In this document: piece after piece, positions 53,069 to 62,429 of the stretch | Layout of the letters: every line of letters starts with the position of its first letter | How positions within the stretch are numbered: position 1 is the first letter of the stretch | Source of the DNA: Candidatus Bathyarchaeota archaeon | GTDB lineage: Archaea; Thermoproteota; Bathyarchaeia; Bathyarchaeales; Bathycorpusculaceae | DNA length: 64,000 nucleotides | Direction: 5' to 3' | Assembly: GCA_963770935.1 (NCBI GenBank) | Contig: CAVYRJ010000005.1 | Coordinates: 1 to 64,000, forward strand | Program-made: the position numbers and the translations under genes | Notes under the pieces: model-generated | What the model saw: only the letters and a program-made list of their open reading frames with translations | What the model was told of the DNA's origin: nothing | Database searches by the model: none

Positions 53069-54180
53069 TGCAAAACCGGGTGGTGATTCTGGCCGATTTC
53101 GATTATTTCTTTGCGCAATGCGAGGAGCTCCGCAAATCAGTCATCAAGGATAAACCTGTCGTTGTCGGCGTTTACTCAGGACGAACTGAAGAGAGCGGAG
53201 CTGTAAGCACCAGCAACTACATAGCTCGCAAATACGGTGTCAAATCAGGAATGCCTCTTTTTTTGGCGAAACGTAAATTGGAAGGCACAGACGCTGTCTT
53301 CTTTAAAGTGGACCATGAATACTACGACCAGATTAGTGAACGCATTATGCAGATTTTCCGCGGCTACGCCTCAAGTCTTGAGCAGGTCAGCGTGGATGAA
53401 GCTTACTTGGATGTTACTGAGCAAGTTGAAGGCAACTACGAGAAAGCAAGGGATTACGCACAAAAAATCAAAGTTGACGTTAAAAACCAAGTTGGCATAT
53501 CCTTCTCTGTTGGGATTGGCCCAAACAAACTCATAGCAAAAATCGCCTGTGACAGCCAGAAACCCGACGGCTTAACCATCGTTAAACCCCAAGAAGCGAA
53601 GACTTTCCTTGAACAGTTGGATGTGAACAGACTTTTAGGGGTTGGCAAAAAAACCTCGGCAAAGATGACCGAATTGGGAATAAAAACCATCGGCGACCTC
53701 GCAAAGTACGATTGTCAAAGGCTCATCGAAGTCTTCGGCAAAGCTATGGGTATCTACTTCCACAACGCTGCCAACGCCATCGACAACGAACCCGTCCAAG
53801 AACAAGGAGAAGCAGAATCCATCAGCCGAATCGGCACACTAAAACAAGACACACATGACTTGGCGTTTATTCTACAAAAAACTGACGAACTAACAGAATA
53901 CGTCTACAAAGACCTTACAGAGCGGAACCTAAGTTTTAAGCAGGTTTCCATCTACATGGTTTTGGTTGATTTAAGCAGCAAAACCCGGTCAGTTACTCTT
54001 GAGCAACCCTCAAAAGACAAAGAAACCATCACAAAAAATGTCAAAACTCTTTTCGAAAAATTTATCGGTGAATCTGCACTTGAAATACGAAGGGTAGGAG
54101 TCAAAGTCTCAGGGTTCCACAAAGAAGAGCCACACCAAAGACAACTTACAACTTTTTTCCAAAACCCCCATAGTCCATAG
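53068..54180 (+). CDS. dinB: Y-family DNA polymerase IV
   Basis: DFDYFFAQ, NYIARKYGVKSGMP, SVDEAYLD, KPDG, GVGKK; TGATG overlap with the upstream gene. Confidence 0.95.
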   Translation: MQNRVVILADFDYFFAQCEELRKSVIKDKPVVVGVYSGRTEESGAVSTSNYIARKYGVKSGMPLFLAKRKLEGTDAVFFKVDHEYYDQISERIMQIFRGYASSLEQVSVDEAYLDVTEQVEGNYEKARDYAQKIKVDVKNQVGISFSVGIGPNKLIAKIACDSQKPDGLTIVKPQEAKTFLEQLDVNRLLGVGKKTSAKMTELGIKTIGDLAKYDCQRLIEVFGKAMGIYFHNAANAIDNEPVQEQGEAESISRIGTLKQDTHDLAFILQKTDELTEYVYKDLTERNLSFKQVSIYMVLVDLSSKTRSVTLEQPSKDKETITKNVKTLFEKFIGESALEIRRVGVKVSGFHKEEPHQRQLTTFFQNPHSP

Positions 54181-54256
54181 GAATAAACAATTCCCAGTGG
54201 CATAAGCTTAAATCAAACTTGAAAACTAAATCGAGCTATTGCCCTGAGATGAAATT

Positions 54257-54487
54257 ATGAAAAGAGAAGAAGTGCTATCGCTGCTAAAAGAACTAATGGT
54301 AGCTTGCGAATCGATGCATCACTCTCCAGTTGTCTCTTTGATGGTAAATCCCAACCCTGACCATTGGAAACTAAGCGTTAAATGGGTTAGTAACAACGAA
54401 AAAAACTGTTTCGACAAAATAATCCAAGAACGCGGATTAGTGGCTACCGAAACAGCAGACGGCTACACAATTTTCCACAAACCGTAG
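54257..54487 (+). CDS. Hypothetical protein
   Basis: 76-aa ORF with ATG start. Confidence 0.5.
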   Translation: MKREEVLSLLKELMVACESMHHSPVVSLMVNPNPDHWKLSVKWVSNNEKNCFDKIIQERGLVATETADGYTIFHKP

Positions 54488-54551
54488 ACTTTGAATAATT
54501 TTTCCAAATATAGGTAACCTTTTTCATAACCAAAAACAGTATATTCAATTA

Positions 54552-55151
54552 GTGATTGTTTTGGCTTCTAAACAACAAAGAAAACTGCCGCCCGACCAAA
54601 CAGCTACAGACCGCATCCTGCGCTGGGGCAGTGACCATCCAGGCATAACCACAACCAACCCCCAACTAAAACAGGAAAACTACACCTTAACAATCGAAGG
54701 CGAAGTAGAAAACCCAGTAAAACTTAGTTGGAACGATTTCATGCAGTTACCAAAAACTGTTTTCGTTAGTGATTTTCACTGTGTCGAGGGCTGGAGTGTG
54801 CTGGATTGCAAATGGGAGGGCGTACGCATAAAAGACATCGAAAAACTTGTCAAACCAAAAGAAGTAGCAAGAGCGGTGTCTTTTGAGAGTGCTGATAACT
54901 ATTTAACTTCTCTATTTCGTGAGGAGCTCATAGGTGATGATGTGCTTTTGGCTTGCAAACTAAACGGTGAACTGCTCGAAGAAGGCTTAGGTGCTCCGGT
55001 GCGGCTTATCGTACCCAGCAAGTATGCGTATAAGAGTGCGTTGTGGGTTGTGCGTTTGCGGTTTACTAGAAACAAAGAACTGGGCTTTTGGGAACGGAGA
55101 GGGTACAGTGATAGCGCGGACGTGTGGAGAAACGACCGTTTCAACCGCTAA
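54552..55151 (+). CDS. Sulfite oxidase-family molybdopterin-binding protein
   Basis: DFHCVEGWS, WEGV, GAPVRLIVP..YAYKS, GFWERRGY. Confidence 0.9.
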   Translation: MIVLASKQQRKLPPDQTATDRILRWGSDHPGITTTNPQLKQENYTLTIEGEVENPVKLSWNDFMQLPKTVFVSDFHCVEGWSVLDCKWEGVRIKDIEKLVKPKEVARAVSFESADNYLTSLFREELIGDDVLLACKLNGELLEEGLGAPVRLIVPSKYAYKSALWVVRLRFTRNKELGFWERRGYSDSADVWRNDRFNR

Positions 55152-55305
55152 CTGATAAAGATACCTGTGTGAAACTAACTATCTTGTTATATGTATTTTC
55201 TTATCATTTACAATCATTTGTTAAATCAAAGAACCTTTTTAAAATCATGATAAGGTTTATAAGCGTAATCTATTACTTCGTTGGCTCTTCAAGAGGTCTA
55301 AAAAT

Positions 55306-55452
55306 ATGTCACAGAAAAATCAAGTAAGGCACCGCTCAAACTGCCCCGTAGCCGTTGAAACCACGGTTACATTAGCAGAATGCAGCAAACCAAACGTGCC
55401 TCAGAAAAGAAAAGAAGACGCAAAACAAACACTCTACTTAAAAAGAATATAG
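55306..55452 (+). CDS. Putative 48-aa small protein
   Basis: TTTATAA at ~55256 and GAGGT before the ATG; MSQKNQVRHRSNCPVAVETTVTLAECSKP... Confidence 0.3.
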   Translation: MSQKNQVRHRSNCPVAVETTVTLAECSKPNVPQKRKEDAKQTLYLKRI

Positions 55453-55550
55453 CCACAAAAAGCTTGCCTCTTAAGCAGAACAGCTTTTCTCCAGTTTAAC
55501 TCTTTTATACTTGTACCTTCCGTTTTAACAAAGAAAAAGAGGCACCCATC

Positions 55551-55997
55551 TTGAATTACACAGAAGCCAAACTTGGAAGAATCTTTATCCTAAGACTCCA
55601 GCATGACGAGCGACTCCACGAAGTCATTGAAAAATTCGCAACGCAAAAACAAGTCAAAAGCGCCCTGTGCTTTTTCCTAGGTGGCACCCAAGACAAAAGC
55701 AAAGTCGTTGTTGGACCAAAAAACGGAGATGCGATGCCTCCCGAACCAATGGTTACCATTTTAAGGGGTGTCCATGAAGCCTGCGGTGTCGGAACAATCT
55801 TCACCGATGAAGAAGACAAGCCCAAGTTGCATATGCATGCGAGTTTTGGAAGAAACGATAATACAGTTACGGGTTGTGTGCGTATGGGTGTGGATGTTTG
55901 GCAGATTGGCGAAGTTGTCATTCTGGAATTGGCTGGCGGCTCAGCTAAACGTGCCAAGAACAAGGAAACAGGCTTTGAATTTTTAGAAACAGTTTAA
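55551..55997 (+). CDS. PPC/DUF296 domain protein
   Basis: GRIFILRL, HEACGVGTI, LHMHASFGR. Confidence 0.85.
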   Translation: MNYTEAKLGRIFILRLQHDERLHEVIEKFATQKQVKSALCFFLGGTQDKSKVVVGPKNGDAMPPEPMVTILRGVHEACGVGTIFTDEEDKPKLHMHASFGRNDNTVTGCVRMGVDVWQIGEVVILELAGGSAKRAKNKETGFEFLETV

Positions 55998-56004
55998 GTT
56001 ATTA

Positions 56005-57591
56005 TTATCCTAAGAAGCGGACTAGAAATAGTCTGTAGCCCTTGTTGTTTGAGAAAGGACCAAAAAACGGTCGATCTAGAGGATCATCAAATCTGCCTGT
56101 TTGAAAAATCTGAGTTTGAACAGCTAAATAATCCAGTGTAGTATTGAAAAATTTCGTGTGCGGACCCCAATCGAAAAGAATTATGTATTTAACATTGTTG
56201 GTTTGACATAGCCGGACAAACTCGTCGATGTCAAAGTTAGGTGTAAAGGCATCAACTGCTAGGTATGGGTACTGCCAGATTTGTTCTTTTGACATGTTCG
56301 GAGGCAAATAGAAGCGGAACATGTTTTGATCCAAGAGGTTAAAGGCGCAGACTAGCACTGCAGTCTGGTTTTGAGTCAAATTGCCAGCTAAATAATTTGT
56401 TGTTTCTTGAATTGGAATGTGAATTTGGTCTCTAACGGTCATCTGATAAGCATCATAAGAGGCATACGCAACCGTAGAAATTACTATTGCGATAAAGAAT
56501 GCCGATGCAAGTTTCTTTAAGCGGTCACCCTTGATTCCGACCGGTTTGGGCGTCCATGCATGGACTCTACTATAGAGAAACATGATAAAGCAAGTAGCAG
56601 AAATTGCCAAAATCGGGAAAAGTGGAGTAACATACCTCCACTGCCTGTTGGGAATTAAGGTAAAAAAAACATAAACCACCACAAACCACGTTAGGAAGAA
56701 GATATCCTGTTTTTTTCTTCGATATGCAAACAAACCCAAACCGCATAAGCCTAAAACAAAAATTGGCAGCGATATAGGGTGAACAGCTAGGTCTTTGAAA
56801 GGCCAGACCATTTCAGTCAAGTAGTAAACTGGAACTGGTTGGAATCGGTTGCTATAAGCAGGGCGGTCTTCTCCGCCTTCGCCCATAACATACATAATGG
56901 TTTCGAATTTGGTTACTCCATTGTAGTGATAAATCATTATAAACCACGGCACAACAACCAAAATCACAATCACCACAATCAGCAGAAACTTTAGAAGGTT
57001 GATTTTTAATCGCTTTCTGCAGAGAAACAGAATGCTCAGTAGCATAGCTAAAGCGGCGACTATTATCTGATATTTGGCTAACACGCCGATACCCAAAGCT
57101 AAACTGGAAAACAACAATGCACGTTTACTTTCATCCTTGCTTAACCATGTGTAGAAGGCAAACATCACTAGGGTAAAGAAGAAGATGAGCGTGGTTTCAA
57201 GCATAGTTACCCGGGAAAGCCAAAAGAATCCAGGCATGGTACCCAGCAATATGCTTGCAATTAAAGCATTTCTTTGTCCATACGTTCGTTTCGTAAACTC
57301 GAATACCAGCCAAACTGCCAGCAACGAAAAAGTAACAGCCACTAACCGCCCTGCACCCTCGCTTACTCCAAAAATCTGGAAATAACCTGTTGTAACAAGG
57401 TCGAAGATAGGTGGATAATAGCCATATGTGGTCATGTAATCCCAAGTTTGCCCACGTGAAAGCAGGGTTGCGCCATAGAGATGAGGCATTTCATCCCATT
57501 GCACCGACATATAACCCAAATTAAAGAGCGCAAAAATAGCAAAAATTACTAAAAAAATTAGCAGAGCAGGTCGATATTGATATTTCTCCAT
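56005..57591 (-). CDS. GT-C fold glycosyltransferase (GT39/ArnT-like)
   Basis: QWDE motif after TM1, YPP, multiple TM helices, RY..P; start placed at MEKYQY. Confidence 0.85.
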   Translation of the reverse strand: MEKYQYRPALLIFLVIFAIFALFNLGYMSVQWDEMPHLYGATLLSRGQTWDYMTTYGYYPPIFDLVTTGYFQIFGVSEGAGRLVAVTFSLLAVWLVFEFTKRTYGQRNALIASILLGTMPGFFWLSRVTMLETTLIFFFTLVMFAFYTWLSKDESKRALLFSSLALGIGVLAKYQIIVAALAMLLSILFLCRKRLKINLLKFLLIVVIVILVVVPWFIMIYHYNGVTKFETIMYVMGEGGEDRPAYSNRFQPVPVYYLTEMVWPFKDLAVHPISLPIFVLGLCGLGLFAYRRKKQDIFFLTWFVVVYVFFTLIPNRQWRYVTPLFPILAISATCFIMFLYSRVHAWTPKPVGIKGDRLKKLASAFFIAIVISTVAYASYDAYQMTVRDQIHIPIQETTNYLAGNLTQNQTAVLVCAFNLLDQNMFRFYLPPNMSKEQIWQYPYLAVDAFTPNFDIDEFVRLCQTNNVKYIILFDWGPHTKFFNTTLDYLAVQTQIFQTGRFDDPLDRPFFGPFSNNKGYRLFLVRFLG

Positions 57592-57852
57592 AAAGGCAAG
57601 TGTTGTCTGCCCATATCGATATAGATGGGTTTTGAGTCGCTGCCCTAGCTTCGCTTTTCTAAATGGCGGTTGCCCGCTAGTGCCGATTGTAATGTTTAGC
57701 GACCCCTTTTTTAGGATGAGAATTAGTGGGCAGCATCTAAAAAGAGTTTGCAATAGCTCACAAAATACTGTTGCAAAAATTTTTGGGACATACACAATTC
57801 ATTTATGGGTTAGAATCATTTGTTTTTTCAGCTTGAATAGGTTGATTACAAC

Positions 57853-58575
57853 TTGAAGAGTGGGGCACCTGACAAAGAAATTTCAATCCTGCTGCCAGCA
57901 TACAACGAAGCAGTACAGATTGAGAAATGTGTGCTTGAAGTTGAAGCGGCTGTCCGTTCCTTTTCCAAATCATACGAAATAATCGTGTCTGAAGACGGAA
58001 GCACAGACGGCACAGATCTTATTGTTGGAAAAATGGCCAAGCATAACCCACACCTACTTTTACTTCACTCTCCAACACGTTTAGGCAAAGGCAAAGCCAT
58101 CAAAAATGCCCTCAGCTCCTCCAAAGGCAAAATTATAACTTTCATGGACGTGGATTTAGCAACAAACCTTGAATGTTTACCCCAACTTCAACAAGTAGTT
58201 AGAAAGAACGGTGGAATGGCAATTGGCTCAAGGCACATCCAAGGCTCACGGGTTCAACGCCGCGTTTCCAGAACTCTCTTTAGTTTAGCTTATAACTTGG
58301 CAGTGAGGCTGCTATTTCTAGACGGAATCCACGACCATCAATGCGGCTTCAAAACAATGAGCCGCGAAGTAGCAGAATCAGTATTAAACATTTCAAAATC
58401 TGACGGCTACTTCTTTGACACAGAGATGATTGTGCGTTGCAAAAAACTCGGTTTCCCAGTTGCTGAAGTTGCGGTTGAATGGTCTGAGAGACATAAAGGC
58501 TCCTCAAAGGTTAACCCTGTGCGAGATGCGAAGAGGATTGGTTTGGATTTATTGGCTTTCAGGCTTAAAATTTAG
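57853..58575 (+). CDS. GT2 polyprenol-phosphate glycosyltransferase (DPM/DPG synthase-like)
   Basis: LPAYNE, EDGSTDGT, GKGKA, MDVDL, DHQCGFK, FDTE. Confidence 0.92.
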   Translation: MKSGAPDKEISILLPAYNEAVQIEKCVLEVEAAVRSFSKSYEIIVSEDGSTDGTDLIVGKMAKHNPHLLLLHSPTRLGKGKAIKNALSSSKGKIITFMDVDLATNLECLPQLQQVVRKNGGMAIGSRHIQGSRVQRRVSRTLFSLAYNLAVRLLFLDGIHDHQCGFKTMSREVAESVLNISKSDGYFFDTEMIVRCKKLGFPVAEVAVEWSERHKGSSKVNPVRDAKRIGLDLLAFRLKI

Positions 58576-59234
58576 ATTTGGCTAAATTTCTTAACCATCC
58601 GCTTTATCCTTAAAACCTGCTGTTTAAGGTTTATGATCGGTGGCACTGAGTGACCAAATGGCTGGCAATGACCATCTACTATCGCTTTAGCTATTGCTTC
58701 AACGCTAGGTTCTGTTGCTTCAATAATCGTGTACCCGTAACCTATTTGGGGACCATAATGAGCGTCAGTTCCAGCAACACGCGAGAGTTTTAGGCGCTCC
58801 GCAGTTTCCTCGGCTTTTTTCACGCTATTTTTGAATGGAAAAGCGCGGGCATTTATTACTTCTATGGCATCAAAGGATACACAGACATTATCCCTCAAAC
58901 ATCCTTTGAAAAAAACATAAGGGTGACATGCAATTGCAACGCCGCCTGCTTTATGAATACGTGCTACAGTTTCGACAGCGCTAAAACCCCTTGGGATGAG
59001 TTCGTGAACATTAAGAGCAATTATGTGCCCGTCACTGCTAGAAACTTCCATCCCAGGGATAATTAAAAAATCTGTTTCTTTAGCGATTTTGTATGCGCCC
59101 TCAAGATTGTTGTGGTCAGTTACGGCAACAGCGTTTAACCCGCGTTTTTTCGCGTAATAAACAAGGTCCTTGGGAGTTATTAGTGAATCTTTGGAATAGG
59201 TGGTGTGGACGTGGAGGTCTGCTCTAATTTGCAT
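58572..59234 (-). CDS. PHP-domain metal-dependent phosphoesterase
   Basis: DLHVHT..S.D, TDHN, GMEVS, HP, GTDAH. Confidence 0.9.
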   Translation of the reverse strand: MQIRADLHVHTTYSKDSLITPKDLVYYAKKRGLNAVAVTDHNNLEGAYKIAKETDFLIIPGMEVSSSDGHIIALNVHELIPRGFSAVETVARIHKAGGVAIACHPYVFFKGCLRDNVCVSFDAIEVINARAFPFKNSVKKAEETAERLKLSRVAGTDAHYGPQIGYGYTIIEATEPSVEAIAKAIVDGHCQPFGHSVPPIINLKQQVLRIKRMVKKFSQI

Positions 59235-59244
59235 TCTTCGGCCT

Positions 59245-60969
59245 CTATTTTTGGGGAGCTTTTGATCTAATCTGCGCGAGCATCTCGTCAAGTTTGACTT
59301 CGTCTGCGTCAATTTTGTGGAATAGCGGGGTAGGTTTGTCGATTTTGTGTCCCGCCTCAATAGGTTTTAATGCATCGTTCCAAGTGCTTTTGTCTACGCT
59401 TTCGGGAAGGTTGAGTGTTTGCCAAAGCTGTTGTGCTGTCTGGGGCATGAAGGGCTCAGAAACCAAGGCGACTGACTTAACAATTTGCGCTGCCACATAA
59501 AAGGTGGTTCCTGCTTTCTCCTTGTTAGTCTTCATCAGGTTCCACGGTTCCTTAGTGTTTAAATACTGATTGCCTATGCGGCTTATGCCGATGAGTGTGT
59601 TAGCAGCGGATTGCAGCCATGAATCTTCAATTTCCTTAGCAGCCTGATTTACTTTCTCCTTTACCAACTGCAGTACCGCTTCGTCGTCTTTGTCAAGTTT
59701 GGTTGGCGCTGGGATTTGCCCTTCAAACTTGCTGTTTATGAAGGATAGGGTTCTGTGGATGAAGTTGCCAAAAGTATCGTTTAGGTCTGCGTTAATTTTT
59801 TCGATGAACGCTGTCCATGTGAAGTTGGTATCTTTGCTCTCGGGGCGTGTAGCTATGAGGAAAAAGCGCCAGTAATCCACTGGGAACATCTCTAAGGCTT
59901 CATCTATCCAAATGCCCACCCGCTGGCTTTTAGAGGCTTTCTGACCCTTGAACTGAAGGAATTCAGTGGCGGAAACGTTCCACGGCAGGTTATAACCTTG
60001 ACCAGAAGCCAACAGCAACGCAGGCAAAATAATTGTGTGGAAAGGAATGTTGTCTTTGCCCACGAAATAGAGTGTTTTGGCTTGTTTGTCAAACCAGAAC
60101 TCCCGCCATTTCTCAGGCTGACCCAAACGCTGACACTGCTCGATAGAAGCGGAAACATAGCCAAGCACGGCGTCTACCCAAACGTAGATAGTTTTGCCCT
60201 CAGCTCCTTCGAATGGCGCTGGGATACCCCATTCAACGTCGCGGGTGACCGCTCGGGGTTTTAAGCCTTCTTTTATCCAGTTTAAACTAAAGTTTTTAAC
60301 GTTAGTTGGAAGTTGCGGGTTATCTTTTATGAATTGGGTTAGGGGTTCGGAGAGTTTTGAAAGGTCGATGTACCAGTGCCGCGTGGTTTTCACCGTGGGC
60401 TTGCCCTTGCAAATAACGCAGTACGGATCCACCAAAGCTGTGGGTTCCAGAAGCTTGCCGCAGATGTCGCATTGGTCTCCACGGGCTTTCTCGCAGCCAC
60501 AATATGGACACTTACCTTCCACGAAGCGATCAGGCAAGAACCGTTGGTCGTGTTCGCAGTAGAGCATCTGAGTGTCTTGAGCAAATATATAGCCGTTTTT
60601 TTGGATTTCTAGCAAAGTTTTTTGGACGAATTGTTTGTGGATTGGGCTTTCTGTGGTGGTGTAGTTGTCAAAAGAGGCTTCCCATCGGTGGAAGAGCTCT
60701 GAAACTTTGGCGTGGTTACGGTCGGTTAAAGCTTTAGGCGTTATGCCTTGCTTTATGGCTTCCACTTCGATGGGTGTGCCATGCGTGTCGGAACCGCTCA
60801 CCATCAATACGTCGCTGCCCTTCAGCCTATAGTAGCGGGCTGTAACGTCGGCAGATAGGACTGAACCGACGAGGTTGCCGAGGTGAGGTGTGACGTTGAT
60901 GTATGGCCAAGCGGATGTAACTAAAACTTTTTCAGGCAAAGGTATCCTCAACAAATCGTTTGGTGCCAA
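59245..60969 (-). CDS. metG: Methionine--tRNA ligase (no C-terminal OB domain)
   Basis: AWPYIN..PHLGN, zinc knuckles, YVWVDA, GKDNIPFH, KASKS. Confidence 0.95.
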   Translation of the reverse strand: MAPNDLLRIPLPEKVLVTSAWPYINVTPHLGNLVGSVLSADVTARYYRLKGSDVLMVSGSDTHGTPIEVEAIKQGITPKALTDRNHAKVSELFHRWEASFDNYTTTESPIHKQFVQKTLLEIQKNGYIFAQDTQMLYCEHDQRFLPDRFVEGKCPYCGCEKARGDQCDICGKLLEPTALVDPYCVICKGKPTVKTTRHWYIDLSKLSEPLTQFIKDNPQLPTNVKNFSLNWIKEGLKPRAVTRDVEWGIPAPFEGAEGKTIYVWVDAVLGYVSASIEQCQRLGQPEKWREFWFDKQAKTLYFVGKDNIPFHTIILPALLLASGQGYNLPWNVSATEFLQFKGQKASKSQRVGIWIDEALEMFPVDYWRFFLIATRPESKDTNFTWTAFIEKINADLNDTFGNFIHRTLSFINSKFEGQIPAPTKLDKDDEAVLQLVKEKVNQAAKEIEDSWLQSAANTLIGISRIGNQYLNTKEPWNLMKTNKEKAGTTFYVAAQIVKSVALVSEPFMPQTAQQLWQTLNLPESVDKSTWNDALKPIEAGHKIDKPTPLFHKIDADEVKLDEMLAQIRSKAPQK

Positions 60970-61058
60970 CCTTATTAAAATTCCTATAAGCCTGTTGGAG
61001 TTTATTTTTGGTAAGGCTTAAATTTTAAAAAGCATACCTCGTAGCTTGAGGTTTCACT

Positions 61059-62123
61059 ATGCCTTATTGCCAAAGATGCGGAACTATACTTGACGAAGAC
61101 CAACATTTCTGCCAAAAATGCGGAACACCAGTCGTCACTTATTTTCCCCCACCCCCTCCAGCTCCCATGAAGCCAATTAGAAATGACCCCGTAATAATAG
61201 CAGCAATTGTGTTAAGTGTTATTTTAGTGGTTGGCGTGGTTGCTGTTGCCTTGCTTGCGACGCCCTTCTCAACGGTGAACTTTAACCAAAGCTACCCAGA
61301 CAACTCAGCTAACATTAGCAAGTTAAACCTCAATGTGCAAATTGATGGGGCTAAAGTGAACGTTTTCACCCAAAGCGTAAACAACAGTAATTTTATAATT
61401 ACACTTGAGGGTTCAGGTTCAAAAGGCACCTTTGGCGGCGGCAGCGACAGCCCCATTCAAGTCGCTTTTAACAATGACACAGCAAATGGCGTGTTAACTG
61501 TGACAGCAAAGATTACAGAGTCCACAGCTTTTTCAAGACTCAACGTTGACTGCAACATCTACATTAACCCAGCCTTAACATTAAACCTCAACATTACCTC
61601 ACAAGCGGGGCAAATCAGCTTAAACGCTGATAAACCCACAACTTTTGAATCCCTCAACCTACAAACAAATGCAGGCGCAGTTCAAGCGAACCTGCAGAAA
61701 GTAACTATCGCAGGAAACGTGACTGTCAGAACTCAAGCTGGAACCGTAGACTTTCAGACAAACCAAATTATCATTAAAGGAAACAACACCGTCGACCTAC
61801 ATTCAAACGCTGGCTCCGTAAACATGGATATAACCCAAACTAAGAGTCTTCCAGGGAACCTTCAGATAAACGCCGTCACTGAATTGGGCTCAGTAAACGT
61901 TGGCTTAGTAATTGACGGTGATGTTGGAGCAAAAATTATTTCACAAACCAACTTGGGAAGCATAAACCTGGATGTGCAGCACTTTTCAGGCAACCAATCC
62001 CCAATCCAATCTGACAATTACCCAGCCGTAAGCAACATCGAAATTAACAGCCGAACAAATTTGGGCAGCATAAACATAAACGCCGATTACCAATCCATAG
62101 TTACACCCAGCGTCAGAAACTGA
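61059..62123 (+). CDS. Zinc-ribbon + TM + beta-strand repeat (DUF4097-like) protein
   Basis: CQRCG...CQKCG, Pro-rich linker, TM helix, repeated T/S-x-x-G-x-V/I units. Confidence 0.75.
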   Translation: MPYCQRCGTILDEDQHFCQKCGTPVVTYFPPPPPAPMKPIRNDPVIIAAIVLSVILVVGVVAVALLATPFSTVNFNQSYPDNSANISKLNLNVQIDGAKVNVFTQSVNNSNFIITLEGSGSKGTFGGGSDSPIQVAFNNDTANGVLTVTAKITESTAFSRLNVDCNIYINPALTLNLNITSQAGQISLNADKPTTFESLNLQTNAGAVQANLQKVTIAGNVTVRTQAGTVDFQTNQIIIKGNNTVDLHSNAGSVNMDITQTKSLPGNLQINAVTELGSVNVGLVIDGDVGAKIISQTNLGSINLDVQHFSGNQSPIQSDNYPAVSNIEINSRTNLGSININADYQSIVTPSVRN

Positions 62124-62180
62124 CTACAAGAGCCCTAAACGTTTAAAACTATCTTTAAACTTTTAGACAGTTAAGAAAAG

Positions 62181-62429
62181 GTGAATTTTTTGGCAGAACA
62201 AAAAAAGATAACACTCCAACAACTACAAGAAAACAATGGGAAAAACGGTAAACCAGCCTACGTAGCATACCAAGGCAAAGTATACGAGGTTACTGATAGT
62301 AGTTTCTGGATGGAAGGCGACCACATGGGCATGCATGATGCTGGCAAAGATTTAACTGAAGAACTTGAGATGGCTCCACACAGAGAGGAGACATTCGCAA
62401 GAGTAAAGCTTGTAGGCGAATTAGTCTAA
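62181..62429 (+). CDS. Cytochrome b5-like heme/steroid-binding domain protein
   Basis: NGKNGKPAYVAYQGKVYEVT..W..G.H...H.AGKDLT...APH. Confidence 0.88.
   Translation: MNFLAEQKKITLQQLQENNGKNGKPAYVAYQGKVYEVTDSSFWMEGDHMGMHDAGKDLTEELEMAPHREETFARVKLVGELV

Noticed and set aside
57592-57795. N-terminal extensions from the ORF track (also 1342-1452, 52984-53067, 59235-59360)
   Set aside because: Extensions overlap neighbouring genes or promoter regions and precede the family-typical N-termini
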